Position numbers and translations under genes: made by a program | In this document: positions 62,820 through 64,000 of the stretch, piece by piece | How positions within the stretch are numbered: the first letter of the stretch is position 1 | Layout of the letters: every line of letters starts with the position of its first letter | Notes under the pieces: generated by a model | What the model was told of the DNA's origin: nothing | The model's input: only the letters and a program-made list of their open reading frames with translations | Databases searched by the model: none | Origin: Malacoraja senta | Taxonomy: Eukaryota | Assembly: GCA_038087875.1 (NCBI GenBank) | Contig: JAXLNO010001232.1 | Span: 1-64,000, forward strand | Direction: 5' to 3' | Length of the DNA stretch: 64,000 nucleotides

Positions 62820-63050
62820 TACGGTGAAAGTGGAGCAATGTGGGCCCAGAAATTGAAAGTCATTGCAAAGCTGAGGAGGATTTTAGGAGTCTGGGATGTA
62901 TGTTGGAAGGGATTGGCCAAGGAGGATAGGGTGGAATTGAGGAAGGTGGAGATTTTTTTAATAGGGCAGGAGCAGGCAGACACGATTGGTCTGCCAGGGC
63001 AATCCTGTTTGTGTTTTTTGGGACAGAGATGGAAGCCAGCAGTGCGTGGC
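62820..63050 (-). mobile_element. Penelope-like RT N-terminal remnant
   Basis: KPRTAGFHLCPKKHKQDCPGRPIVSACSCPIKKISTFLNSTLS resembles the PLE RT start (PKIHK...GRPIVS). Confidence 0.7.
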
Positions 63051-63839
63051 TTAGAACGATAGGGTTGAGAATTTGATACAAGATTCAAGATACATGATAC
63101 ATTTATTTGTCACATGTACCAATTGGTACAGTGAAATGTGTGGTCGCCCAACAGCCATACAAATAAATAATAAAGAGCACAGGAGAATTGCAGACATGTC
63201 CATTAAGTTTAATGGTAAAAATGAGGCAATGCGGCCTTGAAATTGAAAGCCATTGAAGAGTTGAGAGGCGTGTGAGGTGTCATGGATGTCGTAACTCAAT
63301 CTGACGAAGGGCATCGACCCGAAACATCACCAATCCATGTTCTCCAGAGAGGCTGCCTGACAGCGAGTGACTCCAGGATTCTGTGGCTTTTGGTGTAAAC
63401 TAGCACCTGCAGTTCCTTGTTGTTAAATTTCTAATCATGATTTGTTTTCGTGGTTGCCGATGTGAAAGGCAGATGTGGAGAGATTGTAGTTCATCAAATG
63501 TTGCAGATGTCCACTCTCACTTCAGTCGGATTCCGGGTGAAGAATCACTGAGTCTTGTGTAACATCGGTATTCTGGAGAATGCGGACTTCAAGTGGACTG
63601 GACTGGAACCGTATCAGTATCCTCAAACTTGTGTTTCTTATTTTCTTTTGGTGCTTTTGAAATTGAATTCTGTCCTTGATTTGTGTACTGTGGTGTTTTT
63701 TTATTTAATTTATTCCGATTATGTGTTTTTTTGTTTTGTTGTGATTCTATGCATTGTAAGGTGTCCTTGGGTTTTAGAAAGGCGCCAGTAAATAAAATGA
63801 TTATTATTATTATTATACTATCAAGGTGCGTTTCCCGGC

Positions 63840-63866
63840 TACCGCAGTATAATTTTTTTTAATTTG
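63840..63866 (+). pseudogene. 3' remnant of a duplicated tRNA-Gly cassette
   Basis: GTTTCCCGGCTACCGCA resembles the tRNA-Gly 3' end GATTCCCGGTCATCGCA; both flanks (63460-63610, 63870-63960) match the 43654 gene flanks. Confidence 0.55.
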
Positions 63867-64000
63867 CTATTGACGGAATTGCCAACATCTTAAATAACTC
63901 GAGGGGCCGAATGGTCTACTCCGGATAATTGCCGTACAACTTCCTGAATCTATTTGAGATCGAACATTTCCTTTGGCATGGAAGATGAACGGGATGCCGT

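Noticed and set aside
1-64000. CRISPR arrays, rRNA genes, prokaryotic systems
   Set aside because: None seen; tandem repeats here lack unique spacers and the context is vertebrate.

Overview
Vertebrate genomic DNA, inferred to be a cartilaginous fish (probably a skate or ray) from the T-cell receptor sequence and the repeat content. The left half is the 3' end of a T-cell receptor beta (TRB) locus on the + strand. It has one intact J segment with a 12-RSS (1337-1414), a 14.6-kb repeat-filled J-C intron, and C-region exons for the Ig domain (15992-16342), hinge (18383-18403) and transmembrane segment (19989-20095). The terminal exon and polyA site are uncertain, probably near 29.6-29.9 kb. About 6 kb further 3' (35.6-35.9 kb) is a dense Ets/Runx/E-box/AP-1 motif cluster, a candidate counterpart of the mammalian TCR-beta enhancer. 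The right third is a mosaic of locally duplicated cassettes. These carry tRNA-Gly(TCC), tRNA-Asn(GTT), decayed tRNA copies and two copies of an unexplained element collinear with U1 snRNA. Interspersed repeats dominate: CR1 LINEs, Rex1/Babar-like and Tx1/L1-like fragments, V-SINE/HE1-type SINEs, non-autonomous Helitrons, and Penelope-like fragments whose terminal repeats carry minimal hammerhead-ribozyme motifs. Nearly all ORFs in the six-frame track are retroelement remnants or low-complexity artefacts. Five N-blocks could hide further features. Repeat boundaries are approximate and family names come from recalled motifs, not database searches.
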